The notes: generated by a model from the letters alone, not told the origin. Counted from the stretch's first letter, positions 29,501 to 42,783 are shown. The stretch is DNA of 64,000 nucleotides from the human T2T-CHM13v2.0 reference genome, Homo sapiens (GCF_009914755.1 NC_060926.1); one strand, 5' to 3'. Numbers and translations: made by a program.

Positions 29501-30839
29501 AGGATTAAATAAATGGCACTTGCACATATAAACAGGCCGAGCCACTTGGCCTCATCTCTGGCCATAGGTGCCCTGGCCCTTGACAGGCCCATGTTCTGAG
29601 GGCTCCTTGAGGCTGTTTCAGGCTTTTCTGCTTTTGTCTAGGCAATTCCCTCTGCTCTTCATTTTACCATCTTTGCCTGGAGAACTGGCATAAAGCCTCA
29701 AAGACTCACAGTTCAAGTGCAACTTCTTTATCTCTTTGCTTCCTCCAAAACTAATTCAGTTAGATACTTCTGTCTTGGTGCTCCACTGAGCCTTGTACAC
29801 ACCTTACATTTTTCTAAAATTTTAATGTGCTTTATTTTTATTACCTTAATTAATTAGTATATTTTTAATTATTATATTTTTGTCTTCTTTCCAACAATGT
29901 GAGTATCTCAAGGGCAGAAAAGATGCTCTGTATCTCTTTGTAATTCCAGCATCCAGCAGGAGGCCAGGCCTAGAAATGCCAAAGGAGGGAGAGGAAGGTG
30001 TGCTAGAGAGAAGACAGACAGGCAGACAGAGAGAGAGAGAGAGAAGAGAAAAAGAAAGATAATATGCCACAGAAGGGGAAAAAAAAATAAGCAGTAACAT
30101 TCTTTCTGGGTGGTATTAAAGTAATTCTGACATTTAAATAACTAAAACACAAGAATTTTGCCAAATCTTTGATGGAATTGATGGAACTGCTGGTTGAAAT
30201 GCTCCACCCTCCAGAGGCCAAGAGGTGGGCCTACAACTGAAGTCAAGCCAATGAGATCCCTCTCTCTGGACTGTAGGAGCTTTGATGGGATGACTAGGAA
30301 AGAGACATGGCCTTTTCACGGTGCTGCTGATTTGGTGCCATCACATAGAAAAGGCCTGCCTGAGAGAGGAACTAGCTCAAATGAAAGCAGAACTGAGAGT
30401 TGGAGAAAGCTTTCTGACATTGTCTGAACCCTTGCATTCATCCATGTCTTGTTACAGCTGATTGTCCAGTTATATAGCCATCCTTCCTTTTAGTTAAGTC
30501 AGTTTGAGTAGTGTCTCTATGACTTGCAACTGAAAGAGTAATCACAAATAGAATACCTTGAAGGAATACTAAGATTTCCCACAGTATAAAGTTTTCCCAA
30601 GATTTTAGGTCTTTGAAATTGTTTCAGCAGCCCACGGACCCTCTCAATATTGTATCCTATACTGAGTGACAATGGTGGCCCCTTGGAGCATGTGGGTTGG
30701 GTGCTCTTTGCCTAACTGTGCTGCCTCCATCAGCTTCATTTCTGGGATTCTTGATTTTGGTTCTTAAATAAGAAATCTAACTGTCTATGGACATGACTGC
30801 TTTAAAAGATAATGGTATGCTTTAAATATTCTATCACAA

Positions 30840-31210
30840 TATGTATGTATAAAGACTTAGGCACCAGGATGCTCATAAGAACATTATAATATTGAAATAC
30901 TGTGAACAAGGTAAGCAGCCAACAGTGAGGATTAAATAAATGGCACTCAGTATCCATTGAATAAATTTCTACATAGCCACTGCATCATATTTTTGAAAAG
31001 TATTGAATAATGTGGAGAAACAGGCTACTTAACTGTATACAGTGATATTTCATATATCCTAATTTGATTAGGTACAATAATAACAAAAAGACTAGAAATA
31101 TATATGCTGAAATGCCAATTCCAGCCATTTCTGATTAGTGTAATTACAATTATTTTCTTATGATTTTTCCAATTTTCTGTAATGTGACTATTTACTACTT
31201 TTATAATCAG
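30840..31210 (+). mobile_element. Old L1M (L1ME-like) 3' fragment
   Basis: Degenerate AGGATGCTCAT ... GAACAAGGTAAGCAGCCAACAG ... TTAAATAAATGG pattern. Confidence 0.55.
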
Positions 31211-31831
31211 AAAACTGCTAGTACAAAGTTACATAATGACATAGAATGGAATTTTTCTAAAAACTTCAAGCCCCTTTACCAAAGAATAGTTTTTGTCTCA
31301 AATCCTAGCTTAGTGATGTTGCTAGGTGACCCACAGTTGGATGTAAAACAATCAAGAGAAAGATAAATGCCAGATACTTTAAGACAGGGATGTCTGGTGT
31401 TACCTGTCAGCAAACTGTCATAGAATCTAAAGATTAGAAGGAAACAATTATGAATTTCTATTCAGAATACCACTGGCACGTTGCCTTAATTTCTTTTACA
31501 TTGTCTTAAGATAGGAGAGGATAAAAGTAAGAAGAACAAGGTAAGAACTTAAAGCCAATTAGAAAGGGAAAGAAAATAGCCCGTTCCTCTCACTGGCAAG
31601 GAGACAAAGCCAAACTTGGACATATCCGTGGCCATGTCAGGGGAGCCCTCAAAGGTGGCATGAAGCCACTGAAGAGCACTTTGGATGATGACCTTTCCCC
31701 AGGCTTCAAAGCTTGTGGCACTGGGCACATGTGGGAAGGGCCTCTGGATCTAAGTCTGAAGACCCAGGGAAAGTTCTACTTAAGAGGAGGCAGGGGCGCA
31801 GAAAGGTTAGATTACAAGGTGGTTAAGATCA

Positions 31832-32324
31832 GCTTCATCCATCTCTGAAAGGACATGAATTCATTCTTTTTTATGGCTGCATAGTATTCTATGGTGTATA
31901 TGTGCCACATTTTCTTTATCCAGTTTATCATTGATGGGCATTTGGGTTGGTTCCAAGTCTTTACTATTGTAAATAGTGCTGTAGTAAACATACATGTGCA
32001 TGTGTCTTTATAGTAGCATGATTTATAATCCTTTGGGTATATATCCAGTAATGAGATTGCTGGGTCAAATGGTATTTCTGCTTCTAGATCCTTGAGGAAT
32101 CGCCACACTGTCTTCCACAATGATTGAACTAATTTACACTCCCAAAAACAGTGTAAAGGTATTCCTATTTCTCCACATCCTTGCCAGCATCTGTTGTTTC
32201 CTGACTTTTTAATGATCAACATTCTAACTGGCTTGAATTGACATCTCATTGTGGTTTTGATTTGCGTTTCTCTAATGATCAGTGATGGTGAGCTTTTTTT
32301 CAAATGTTTGTTGGCCACATAAAT
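31832..32324 (-). mobile_element. L1PA internal fragment (ORF2 C-terminus), no 3' UTR tail
   Basis: ORF 31812-32318 contains NRCWQGCGEIG, HCFWECKLVQSLW and IPFDPAI, the L1 ORF2 Cys-rich end. Confidence 0.92.
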
Positions 32325-32339
32325 AAGATCAATGAAAGC

Positions 32340-32615
32340 AGAGAGTAGAATGTTGGTTACAGAGGCTATGGGGGTGTGAGAATGCAGACAGGGTGGTCAA
32401 AGGGTACAAAATCTGTTGATAATAGAGTATTACACATCTCAAAATTGCTAAGAGTCCATTTCAAATGTTCTCACCACAAAAAATGTTAAGTATGAGGTGA
32501 TGGATATGTTAACTAGCTTGATGTAATTATTACATGTTGTATTATCAATCATAACATCACTCTGCATGCCATAAATGTATCTAATTATAAATTACCAATT
32601 TACAATTTTTAAAAT
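32340..32615 (+). mobile_element. L1MA-type 3' end
   Basis: AGAGAGTAGAATG ... AAAATTGCTAAGAG ... GAGGTGATGGATATGTTAACTAGCTTGAT. Confidence 0.8.
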
Positions 32616-32849
32616 GACCAGTGAAAGCTTGTTGGGTTTAGTACAGAACTGGACCTAAGTTGTTTTGATAGCTTTAAATGTCACTCTAAAAGTGGTTTCT
32701 GTGGTTCTCAATCCTGGCTGTGCATCTGAATAATCCACAGAGTTTCAGAAAAATACAGATGGTCAGTTTCCATTGTAGACTTAAAAGAGCTGGGATTTCC
32801 TGGGTTACATTCTAGACATCTGAGTTTTTAAAAAGCTCTATTTCTTCTG

Positions 32850-35420
32850 TGGTTTCATCTCCCTAGCCTGCTTGCAGATCTCATTCTTGCATTCATACTT
32901 CTCTCTCCCGCATCATCGATTTCGCCCTCTCCACTAGAACACAGCCATTGGCACACGAATGTGCCATACCATCAGCTGCCTTTTGAAGAGTTTCTCTTGT
33001 ACCCTATTTCTCTTCAGTTTTGACTCTCTCCATGTCTGACCCACTTCAGGCCTGTCTATACATGTCTCCACATGTTTTCCTCCACGCCCACTCCCATCAG
33101 AAACTGTTGTTACCGAGGTCATAGCTGACCATGCCTTGCCAGAGCCGAGGATGGATTCTGTGATCCATCTTGCTGGTGCTCTTAGCAGCACTCAACAAGG
33201 ATACCCTTGGAGCACTTTCTTCTTTAGGCTGCTACAACACTTCACCTTCCATTTTCCTCCTACCACACCAGACACTCTCCCCAGGCTCAGATGCTGGCTC
33301 CTCTTCCTCTGCCAGACCTCGAAAAATGGGGAACCTTAGAACTCTGTCCTCTGCCCTCTTCTTGTCCATTTACAGTTACTTCTGATGGGACCTTAATTAG
33401 TCCCACAAGGCCGAGTGTCATCTGTATGCTGATGACTCTCAAATCCATATCTCTAGCCCTGACCTGAACTTTGTATTTCCACCTGCCCATAGAACATCAT
33501 CACTTGAATGCTTAATAGGCATCTCAACTTAACGCGGGCAAAAACCAACAGACAATTGCATGCTAATTTTGCTAAGTCACCTTTCCTCCAAGGCTTGCCT
33601 CTCTCAGGAATTTGGTACAACCTCACACTCAGTTGCTAAAACCAAAGAACTAGAAGTTATCCTTCTCACTTTTTTCCTTGTATTCCACATCCAATGGATC
33701 CGTAATTCCTAATAGACCTTACTTCTGAAATATATTATCTGGCTATTTCTTACTAGCATAGTATAGTGGAGCTATACATTGGGAGTTCAAATTCTGACTC
33801 TCTCACTGACTACATGACCTTGGGCAAAATTTCCAACCTTCTGGGGCTCACTTTCCTCATCTGTAAAATGGGGATAATAGTGCTAACTACTGTTGGGGCT
33901 CAGAAAAAATATCCCCAAATGAAAGCCTCAGAAGCCAAAGTTTTTCTCTGATCTTCTTGTCCTCCTGTCTCCCAGCTTCATTTTCCCCTAGTCTAGTCAT
34001 AGAAACTAGAATCCCTCTTCCCCAAGGCAGGTCAAAGAAACCAGAAAGCTAGACATAAAACCTAAAAAATATTACTCTAATTTTCCTTCTGCTTTTCTAT
34101 GTAAAATCTGACCATAAGGAAATTATCTGACCTGTCTTGTTTGCTATAGGTCATAAGACCCCTATTCTAGAAGAGGTTTTGCCCCACACCCAGAAGGAAG
34201 GAATGCTGCAAGCAGAGGCCAAGAAGAATCTAGACAGGCAGGCCTCACAGGGTTTCCACACTCAGTCTATTACCATTAGATCATACTCTTTTTTTGTACA
34301 GTCATCTTTCTACACGGCTCTCTATACTCCGCTGAACCTAAGCATAAAAATGGACAATTTCTCCTGTGTCTTTGAGTCCCCGTTCTGAAGGCTCCTATGT
34401 ATACACATTGAAAATAAATGTGTATGCCTTTTCTCCTACCAATCAGTTGGCCTTATGTCAATGATTTTCTGTGAACCTCTAGGCAGCCAAGGGCTCCCGC
34501 TAGTCCCCATACTACCATAACCCACAGGGTTACGAACATGAAAATAGCATATATAAACATAAATGGTAATCAGAACAGTGTTTGGGATATAGTAAGCCTT
34601 ATAGGAAGGCTTGCCAACATGGTTATTATTATTCCCATTACATCCCTCTAGTCCAATAACATTAATATGGTATGATTATCATTCCCTATTAGTCCTAGGC
34701 ACCTACCCTAGACTAGTCTACTAATATTGTTTGTTTGAATCTAAAAACAACAACAAAAAATACCTTCTACCTGGTCTCCCTGCCCCTCCTATGTCCCACT
34801 ATTAGCCCACAAAGCAGAAGGATTTGTCTTTATAAATGAGAAGTTACATCATTGCTTCTTCCCAGTTTAAAATTCTCTAAATGGCTTCCTTTTACATTTA
34901 TATCATTTTCAGAGTCTTTATTGTGACCATGGCCTATATGGCTTAACCAGGTCTGGCCCTTGTCTACCTCTGTGAACTCATCTTCTTCCATTTTTTAAAT
35001 CTTGTACCTTGTGTCCCAGGACAGACTTCTTATTTCTGTTCCTTGGACTTGCCAAGCTTTCCAGCATCTTCAGGTGGCCTTTCACCTTTGCAGCTGCCTC
35101 CTCTTGCAATGTTCTTCCTCTGATCTTCACACTGCTGTCTCCTTTTTATTTTTTATATTACACACAAATGGCTGATGTCAGAGGTCTTCTCAAGTAAATA
35201 CCTCTCCTACCCCTAGCTCACATTCTCTCTGCTACTACCTCAATAAACTTTTCTTATTTACAGGCATATAGTTGCCTGTTTGCTTATTTATTATTTGATT
35301 TAAGTATATGCTTCCTGTGTCTGCCCACTGGGGTGGGGACCAAAAAAACTGATCTAATCCCTGTGCAAAGAACACGTTTGGCCCATAGAAGATATTTAAT
35401 ATATTTACTATTATTAAATA
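32850..35420 (+). mobile_element. LINE-2 with nested MIR and LTR
   Basis: ATGCTGATGACTCTCAAATCCATATCTCTAGCCCTGACCT, TAATAGGCATCTCAACTTAAC; L2-like 3' end near 35400. Confidence 0.75.
33891..34511 (+). mobile_element. MER39-like ERV1 solo LTR inside a MIR
   Basis: TGTTGGGGCTCAGAAAAAATATCCCCAAATGAAAGCCTCAGAAGC start; 4-bp TSD CTAC; MIR core CATCTGTAAAATGGGGATAATAG immediately before. Confidence 0.8.
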
Positions 35421-38400
35421 TTATATTATTTATATATAAATATATTAATAATATATTAATAAATATATTATTAATATATTTAATATTAATATATATCTAT
35501 CGACTACCAGTTCTACAGGTAATTGTGATGCACAGCCAGGTTTGTCTATTTTGAACTACCTAATTTTAAATAGGAATTAATGATTAACAAAATGCTTATG
35601 CACAGCACTGTAATTGTCATCATTTCATGGAAAGGTATAATTGAGTAGAAAAAGCTGTTATTCACCTTAACACATTTAATTGCCATATTTTTCTGCACAA
35701 AATAAATCATTCCTAGAAGCGGCCAAGTTCTTTCAACCTTGAGGCTATCTAGCTAAGTCATCAGCACATGCTTTTAGGCTTAGGACTCTCAGGTGGTGGC
35801 GGGCCTGTTCTCCCCCTGGCTAGAAGCTGAGTATCAGAGATGCCATGGGAGTTGGGAGTGAGCCAAGGGAACATCCAGCTTCACTTTTAGTCAGGTGTGC
35901 AGTTGGTCCCTGAGTGGAGAGAAGGGCCACGTGGGAGTGTCAGGAGTGGGGCCTGCAGACAAACAAATCATGTCTTTCAAGGAACATGCCATGAGCAAAT
36001 CTGGGGCCTGAGTGGGGCAAATGCCCAGGAGTAGGGAACAGGGAAGACTCCAGATGAAGCCAGTGGATCCTGGAGGGCAGGTCTGGGAAGATCCCTTGAA
36101 TCAGTGGCTTCTGGTGGGGTGGCAGAAAGGAGTGATCCTTTCGTAGAAGGGACCTGAGACATGGCAGTGCTGTTGAGAATGGTGAGCTTTGTTCTAAGTC
36201 AAATAAACAGTCTCTGAAACAGCAGCCTTGAAAACCCAAACTTTTAAAATACATAGAAAATGCTACAGTCAGGCACTGAGAAGTTACATAAAATGTGCAA
36301 GTGGCATCCAGATTGTCCATGTGTGCCCTATGACACCAATATACACCAAGTGATTTCTCCTCCAGGCACCAGGACCCTAAACACAAATTACAATTTAAGC
36401 CCAGGGGAAGCAGTGGCTGGGTAGTGAGGGTAAACGGTCTACTCTTCACCATGAAAAGCTGGCAACAGCTGAAACCAACGTACTCAGTAGAGAAAATCAG
36501 GCTAAAAAGAGAAAGAGAGAGAGTGTGTATAATTATAATTTTTATAATTTTGACTGTTGGCCCTGGAGGCGTTTTTAGGAAGGTAAAGGTCTTAATTAGC
36601 ACAATATTTTGCTGAGCAGGCGGATGATATGGAATGAGCCCATGACATGGCATGCAGAGACCTAGACAGCTCTGCAAATTAAAAGACAGAACTTGGCTGT
36701 GGGAGAAGGTGTCTGAGGGAGAGGAGAGTAAGTGGGACAGAGCTGGCCACGTTCTAAGGCGGGATCTGGGAACTGAGGAGAAAGGCTACTGCGAAACGCC
36801 CTGCAACCAAAGGACTGGGAGGAAACAGAACTATCAAAAGACAGAGTTGAAGGCCCTTAGCCTCCAGAATATTCTGCCATGACCCCATATCCTTCCTAGG
36901 GTTGGATTTTGGAAAAATCAAGTAAAGGGGGCTCTGTTTCATAAGAGGTTGGTGCGTGGAGAAGAAAGAGGAATTGATTGACGAATGTGAGTCGGAACTT
37001 ACCCCAGAAATGGTCACAAGAGGGAATAAATAATACAGGGGTGGCAGCTGGAGGGTGATTTGCTTAGACAATATTAACTTAATTTTCAAAGTCAGGGGCT
37101 CCTCAAGTTGTTTTTGAATATTACTGTCACAGTAATCAAGAACGTAATATAGAAGTCATCTCTGCATTTCATTTTCCACACCTTCTTAGAACCTGTTGGG
37201 GGAGCAGGAATTAAAGAAGACTGCTGTCCACCACCCTGAAAATCATTCCTTTCTGTGATCCACAACACCAGGGGCCAAGAGATTAGGGCATACAAATATG
37301 GTCATTTCAAAAATACGCTGATGGGGTGCTGGTGGTATATTGGTGAGCCTAGCTGCCTTCCAAAAATATGCTAATAGAAAAATTCTTTGTTTTTTTAAAA
37401 TCTTGTTGTATATCAAATTTTTCCAAAGTAATTTTTGACACATTATAATTAATTCCCCTGCAATCTTCCAGGGGAGCATTTCATTAAAGCATAAAAATCC
37501 ACATGGGGTCTGTGACCAGCTCTGACTGCAGTCTGTCAAAATCAGTTCTCTATTTTCCTACAATAATGTTTAACCCATGCAAAGATCCTAGACACTGAGA
37601 ATATGGAGCAAATATTTTAAAATAAAAAAAATTAAGTAGCATATAAAATTCATATGAAAATTGAATTACATGTATGACAAAATGACATCTATATATTATA
37701 TAAGAAGATATATTTATATATATTTACAAACTTATATATTTGTATTTCTTATTTTACATACTTTATTATAAAATGAAATAATCTTCTTATTACCTGTTCA
37801 AGTAGAAGATAGTAAGATGTGAAGGCAAGGAGAAAGTTCATTTAATATTGAACAAAGAATTTTAGGAAACAAGCAGTGACACTATGACTATAGGAAAATT
37901 AAAAAATAAAATAGTTTTATGAATTAAAATAGTGGGTCTTAATGGCACTTACAGATATCATCTATTGCATTCAACTAATGCTGGAATCAAGAGTTGTTGC
38001 CTGAAGTGTAAAGAACTCTGTGGAAGGAAAAAAGATACTGCTTCTCTTTTACTCACTACAGTTTAAGAAACATTCGCTGCCAAATACATTTTTTAAAGAC
38101 CTCTTAGCTTAATGAAATAAAATGTACTTTTCAATGTTGTCTCTAACAACAACATGAACTAAGATTAATTTTCTCTGTAGTCATAAACAAAAACTAACAA
38201 TTTAAGTACACTGTTCTCTGGGAGTAAGAAATGATAATATCAGCTCTTTCCTATTGTGAATCTAGTTAATTCAACCTCAAGATAAAGTTATGAGTTTCTT
38301 AAAACTCAAATAGGAACCTCAGTTTCCCTTGAGAAAGCTTTCCTATCTTTTATAGTGACTATCTTTAAAAAATGACGAAAGAATGAGAACCCTTGGGGAG

Positions 38401-38967
38401 ACAAGGGTGATTCCTAGCTCTTTGCCCAGAGGGAGTTGCTAGCGATTCCTTTAGTTGATATTTGTTCTGCTCTGTGTTTGAAGCTACTTGCTTACCTGTC
38501 TGCCTTCGGTCACACCTGTGTGGAGTAGCCCAACTCTTTCATTCACAGTCCTTATATTGTTAATCACTGTGCCCAGGTAAGTAGGAACAAAATTAAGGAA
38601 AAGGAGCAGGTTTGGTGTGGATGAATGAAAGAGACTATGCACCAGGCATCATTTTAAAAATAATTACACACGTAATCCTCGTTACTTCCCTGTAAGGCTA
38701 ATTACTATTACTATCCCCATGCTTTCAGCTGAGGGAACAGAGGCATGGGGAGCCTAAGTAACTTTGATGGTTTCAAATCTAGAAAGTAGTCGAACAGGGA
38801 TTCAAATCAAACCCCAAGAATTGAGCTTCAAAGTGCATAATCTCACCATTCTGCTTTATTATCACCGAGGAAATTAGTGTAAAATGGATATGCTCATTAT
38901 AGACAATGTGGTAGATCTGAGGTAGAATTGCAGAAAGCAAGCATAGAAAACAAGGCCCCTCCAGGTC

Positions 38968-39274
38968 TTTTTGTTTTTTTGTTTGTTTGTTTGTTTGTTT
39001 TTTTGAGTCTGTCACCCAGGCTGGAGTGCAGTGGCGCAATCTTGGCTCACTGCAAGCTCCGCCTCCCAGGTTCACGCCATTCTCCTGCCTCAGCCTCCTG
39101 AGTAACTGGGACTACAGGCACGTGCCACCACGCCTGGCTAATTTTTTTGTATTTTTAGTAGAGACGGGGTTTCACCTTGTTAGCCAGGATGGTCTCCATC
39201 TCCTGACCTCATGATCCGCCTGCCTCGGCCTCCTAAAGTTCTGGGATTACAGGCGTGAGCCACCGTGCCCAGCC
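38968..39274 (-). mobile_element. AluY
   Basis: GCAAGCTCCGCCTCCCAGGTTCACGCCATTCTCC, Y-type; (TTTG)n tail. Confidence 0.95.
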
Positions 39275-40102
39275 TCCAGCTCTTCTTCCTTTATGCTAGT
39301 AGAGTTTTCAGGATTCTGTAGACTCTATGGTAGAACTGCGTTTTTAGATGTTGGGTGAAGGCCCTTTATAAGCTTATCGAAAGGACGTAAGTGAACTCAT
39401 AGAAAAAAAAATCTTTGCTGAGTCTTTAAGCATGTGACATTTCAATCAAGAACTAGTAACTAGAATGGTCTTTGATGACTGCTATAAAAATTCATGAATT
39501 AACACTTGAAATAATGTCGAATGCCACGAAGTAACAGACGGGTGTTATCATATCCCGGTCTGGAGGTCTCTGGAGGATGTCAGTGCTCCAAAAATCTCCT
39601 TAAGTCTCCTTAGCCAGTTTCAGCTCACTGTTAGATGCTTTACACATTTAATTCCTGCACGTTTTTTTTAAAGATATGACTATACTGCTTATAAAATCTC
39701 TGTGTGTGTGTGTCCAATCATCTTTACATACTATTAAATATTTTGCTTAGTCATTCATTCATTCATTCATTTTACCAGTTACTGGGGAAAACAAAGTAAA
39801 ATATCACATAGCCTCTTCCCCCAAGGAGCTTGCAATTTTAGGAACTAATCCAGTTTGAGGGCTGAATTTAAGTTAAAATCAATTACTGCCCTATGTACTC
39901 CTTTTAAAACAACATTAGGTCAAGACCCTTTCAGTGCTAACTTTTTGCTCATTGTAGACAAATCTCAGCAGGAAATCGTAGATCATATTAGTCTGGGAGA
40001 ACTCAAAAGGGAAGATTTATACTCACTCAAAACCAGTGCCAATAAAAGAAGCAGAATACTGTTATTTTTCTTGAAGAGTGTAAAAATTGCTTCATTTCTT
40101 AC

Positions 40103-40252
40103 CTCTAGAGCTTTCAATCTCTCTAATAGCAATTTGGTCTTTTCTTTTCCCTCATCTGTACTGCTGCTTTCACTCCTCGAATCCTCATCAACCACCATGT
40201 GAAGATCTTCCAAAGCTTCCTTATGTTTTCTCTCTTCCTCTGACAGCTTTTC
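40103..40252 (-). CDS. NCKAP5: Internal coding exon of NCK-associated protein 5 (coiled-coil region), 50 codons, phase 0-0
   Basis: Acceptor TTCTTTCTTGCTTCAG| at 40253 and donor GAG|GTAAGA at 40102; peptide EKLSEEERKHKEALEDLHMVVDEDSRSESSSTDEGKEKTKLLLERLKALE matches my recollection of human NCKAP5; neighbouring exons not found in the window. Confidence 0.93.
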
Positions 40253-42008
40253 CTGAAGCAAGAAAGAATTACTGTTTTCAATAATCTCCAGTGAAAAATA
40301 AGCATGAGTGTGAGGCTGAAAAGGCTGGAATCATTCTCCTGCGTGTGCATTCTTCCGGGGCTGGGAGTTTGCTAAACAAATTCTGAGAGGGGTTTATTTT
40401 AAAAAATGAAGTAGATATTTTTACTGACCCCTGGAAGGACAAGGCCATTGGGTTGCCATCTCTCAATGCAGTTGTCCTTTGCACAGTTGGAGAAGTGACT
40501 AAGCCAGCAAAGCCATAGGTGGAGTCATGTGGTTAATCCAATTTTATCTGCACAATGAAACTCAGCTATACTGCAAACTGTGGAAAAATACATCAATTTT
40601 GATACCTTCATTTGTGAAAGGCATAGCTCCTCAAGATAGGGTCATTAAAGTCACTGGACATGCAGCCATTTAATTAAAAGAATATAAAATATCACAAAAT
40701 ACTGAAATAAGAGTGATTTCAGAATTCAAAGCTCACACCTATTAGTTCTTTCAGCTCAATAATGACACAACTTTTAAGGATCCCTCAGTCCCTTTCTGTA
40801 ACACTGTTCAGCATTCGTACTATGGCCTTGAGGCAGACATAAAAAGTTATTTTGTCTTGACTCACTGTTGGAAGCCCCTCACTCAACCTTGTCTCTGGAA
40901 GCTTTTTGAAAGTTGAGAAGTACTAAGTTAAGCCTCATGAATAGCTCTTGTTTTCAAGGGAAAAAGAAGTATCAAGAGATTACCATATTAAAAAAAAAAG
41001 GATCCATTTTGTGCATGGAGACTCTTGCTCCCCACAATCAGGTGACATCCTTCCATTACACTATTTAATTCTAAACACAATGCTGCAGAAATCTTTGCTT
41101 TAATGTAGCTGGTTGTCAACCATCTGAACAAAACTGGATTATCAGTGGTAAAAGACTTCTCTATATTTTAATACTAAACTAAGATCTATTTGCAAATACA
41201 GAAGCACAAAACGTATCATTCTTACCCTCAAGGAGCTCATACAATCTACTTAGAAAAGAAGAACATAAGAAGAAAAAAAAAACCACGGCGTTTTCAAACT
41301 GTGCTCATCAAGGTACTTTGAAGGTTCCAAAAATATTTAAGTTACTTTTTGAAAACAAATTATGAATTATGTAAAAATATGTCTTAATGTATATGTATAC
41401 ATTTATACATATATATGTATCAGTGTATACGTGTGTGTATATATAAATCACTTTAGACCACAAAGTCAGTGAATTCATCCATGTGAACCTGTTATGTACA
41501 GATTTCAGGATCTAATTTCTCCTGTCATCTCTGTATATATAAATGCATAGTTGATTAGAAAGGTTGTAGTTCTTTATGAAATCAGGCCCAAGCATGTGTA
41601 ACTGTATACCATGTGCAGGTGTGAGTTCAGCTCAGATAAATGCCAGGCAAGTTTAAGATGTACATCCACAGGCCAGGAAACAAGTCCAGGTCATGGTAGC
41701 ATTTTTATAGCTTTGATTTTTTAGGGTTTGGTCACCTGTCAGACTTACATTTCCAAGATAAGGAATATGAAGTTTGTAGATACTGTTCCTAAACAAAGAA
41801 GTACCTTTACTTCTCTTTTGTGGTTTGGGATGACTGTAAGTAAACACTAACTTAGGTTGATGAAGCAAGCTGTTTTAAAATTATCTTCATTTTACTTTTC
41901 TGTATATAGTTTTTCATTCATCACTCAGCATATGCCACTTATATTTTATACATATACATATGTATATATGCACACATACATATATCCACACATACACATA
42001 CACATATA

Positions 42009-42284
42009 CACAGTCACACATTCCTTAGGAGATTTCATCATTGTGTAAACATCATAGAGTGTATTTACACAAACCTAGATGGTACAGCCTACTACACACC
42101 CAGGCTATATGGTACCTAGGTTAGAATCCTATATACCATGTTACTGTACTGAATACTGTAGGCAACTGTAACACAATGGCAAGTATTTGTGTATCTAAAC
42201 ATATCTAAACATAAAAAAGGTACAGTAAAAACATGGTATAATCTTACGAGACCACCATCACACATCTTTATAAGGTACATGACT
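42009..42284. mobile_element. Tigger3-like TcMar DNA transposon fragment
   Basis: ACACAAACCTAGATGGTACAGCCTACTACACACC ... GTACTGAATACTGTAGGCAACTGTAACACAATGG. Confidence 0.8.
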
Positions 42285-42285
42285 C

Positions 42286-42287
<2 letters not shown>

Positions 42288-42326
<39 letters not shown>
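42288..42326 (+). repeat. (TG)n microsatellite
   Basis: About 19 perfect TG units. Confidence 0.95.
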
Positions 42327-42328
<2 letters not shown>

Positions 42329-42428
42329 CTGTAGAAGTATCCTGTAATAATCAGAGCCCAATAGCTAATTAAAACAAAGAAAAGCCATTGGGGTGGTAAA
42401 TGAAAAGCCAAAAGACTTTGGAATGTGA

Positions 42429-42783
<355 letters not shown>

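Noticed and set aside
31812-32318. 168-aa ORF
   Set aside because: L1 ORF2 C-terminal relic, not a host gene
35940-36677. Longest ORF in the track (245 aa, minus strand)
   Set aside because: No recognisable domain, composition typical of translated intron, no supporting exon structure
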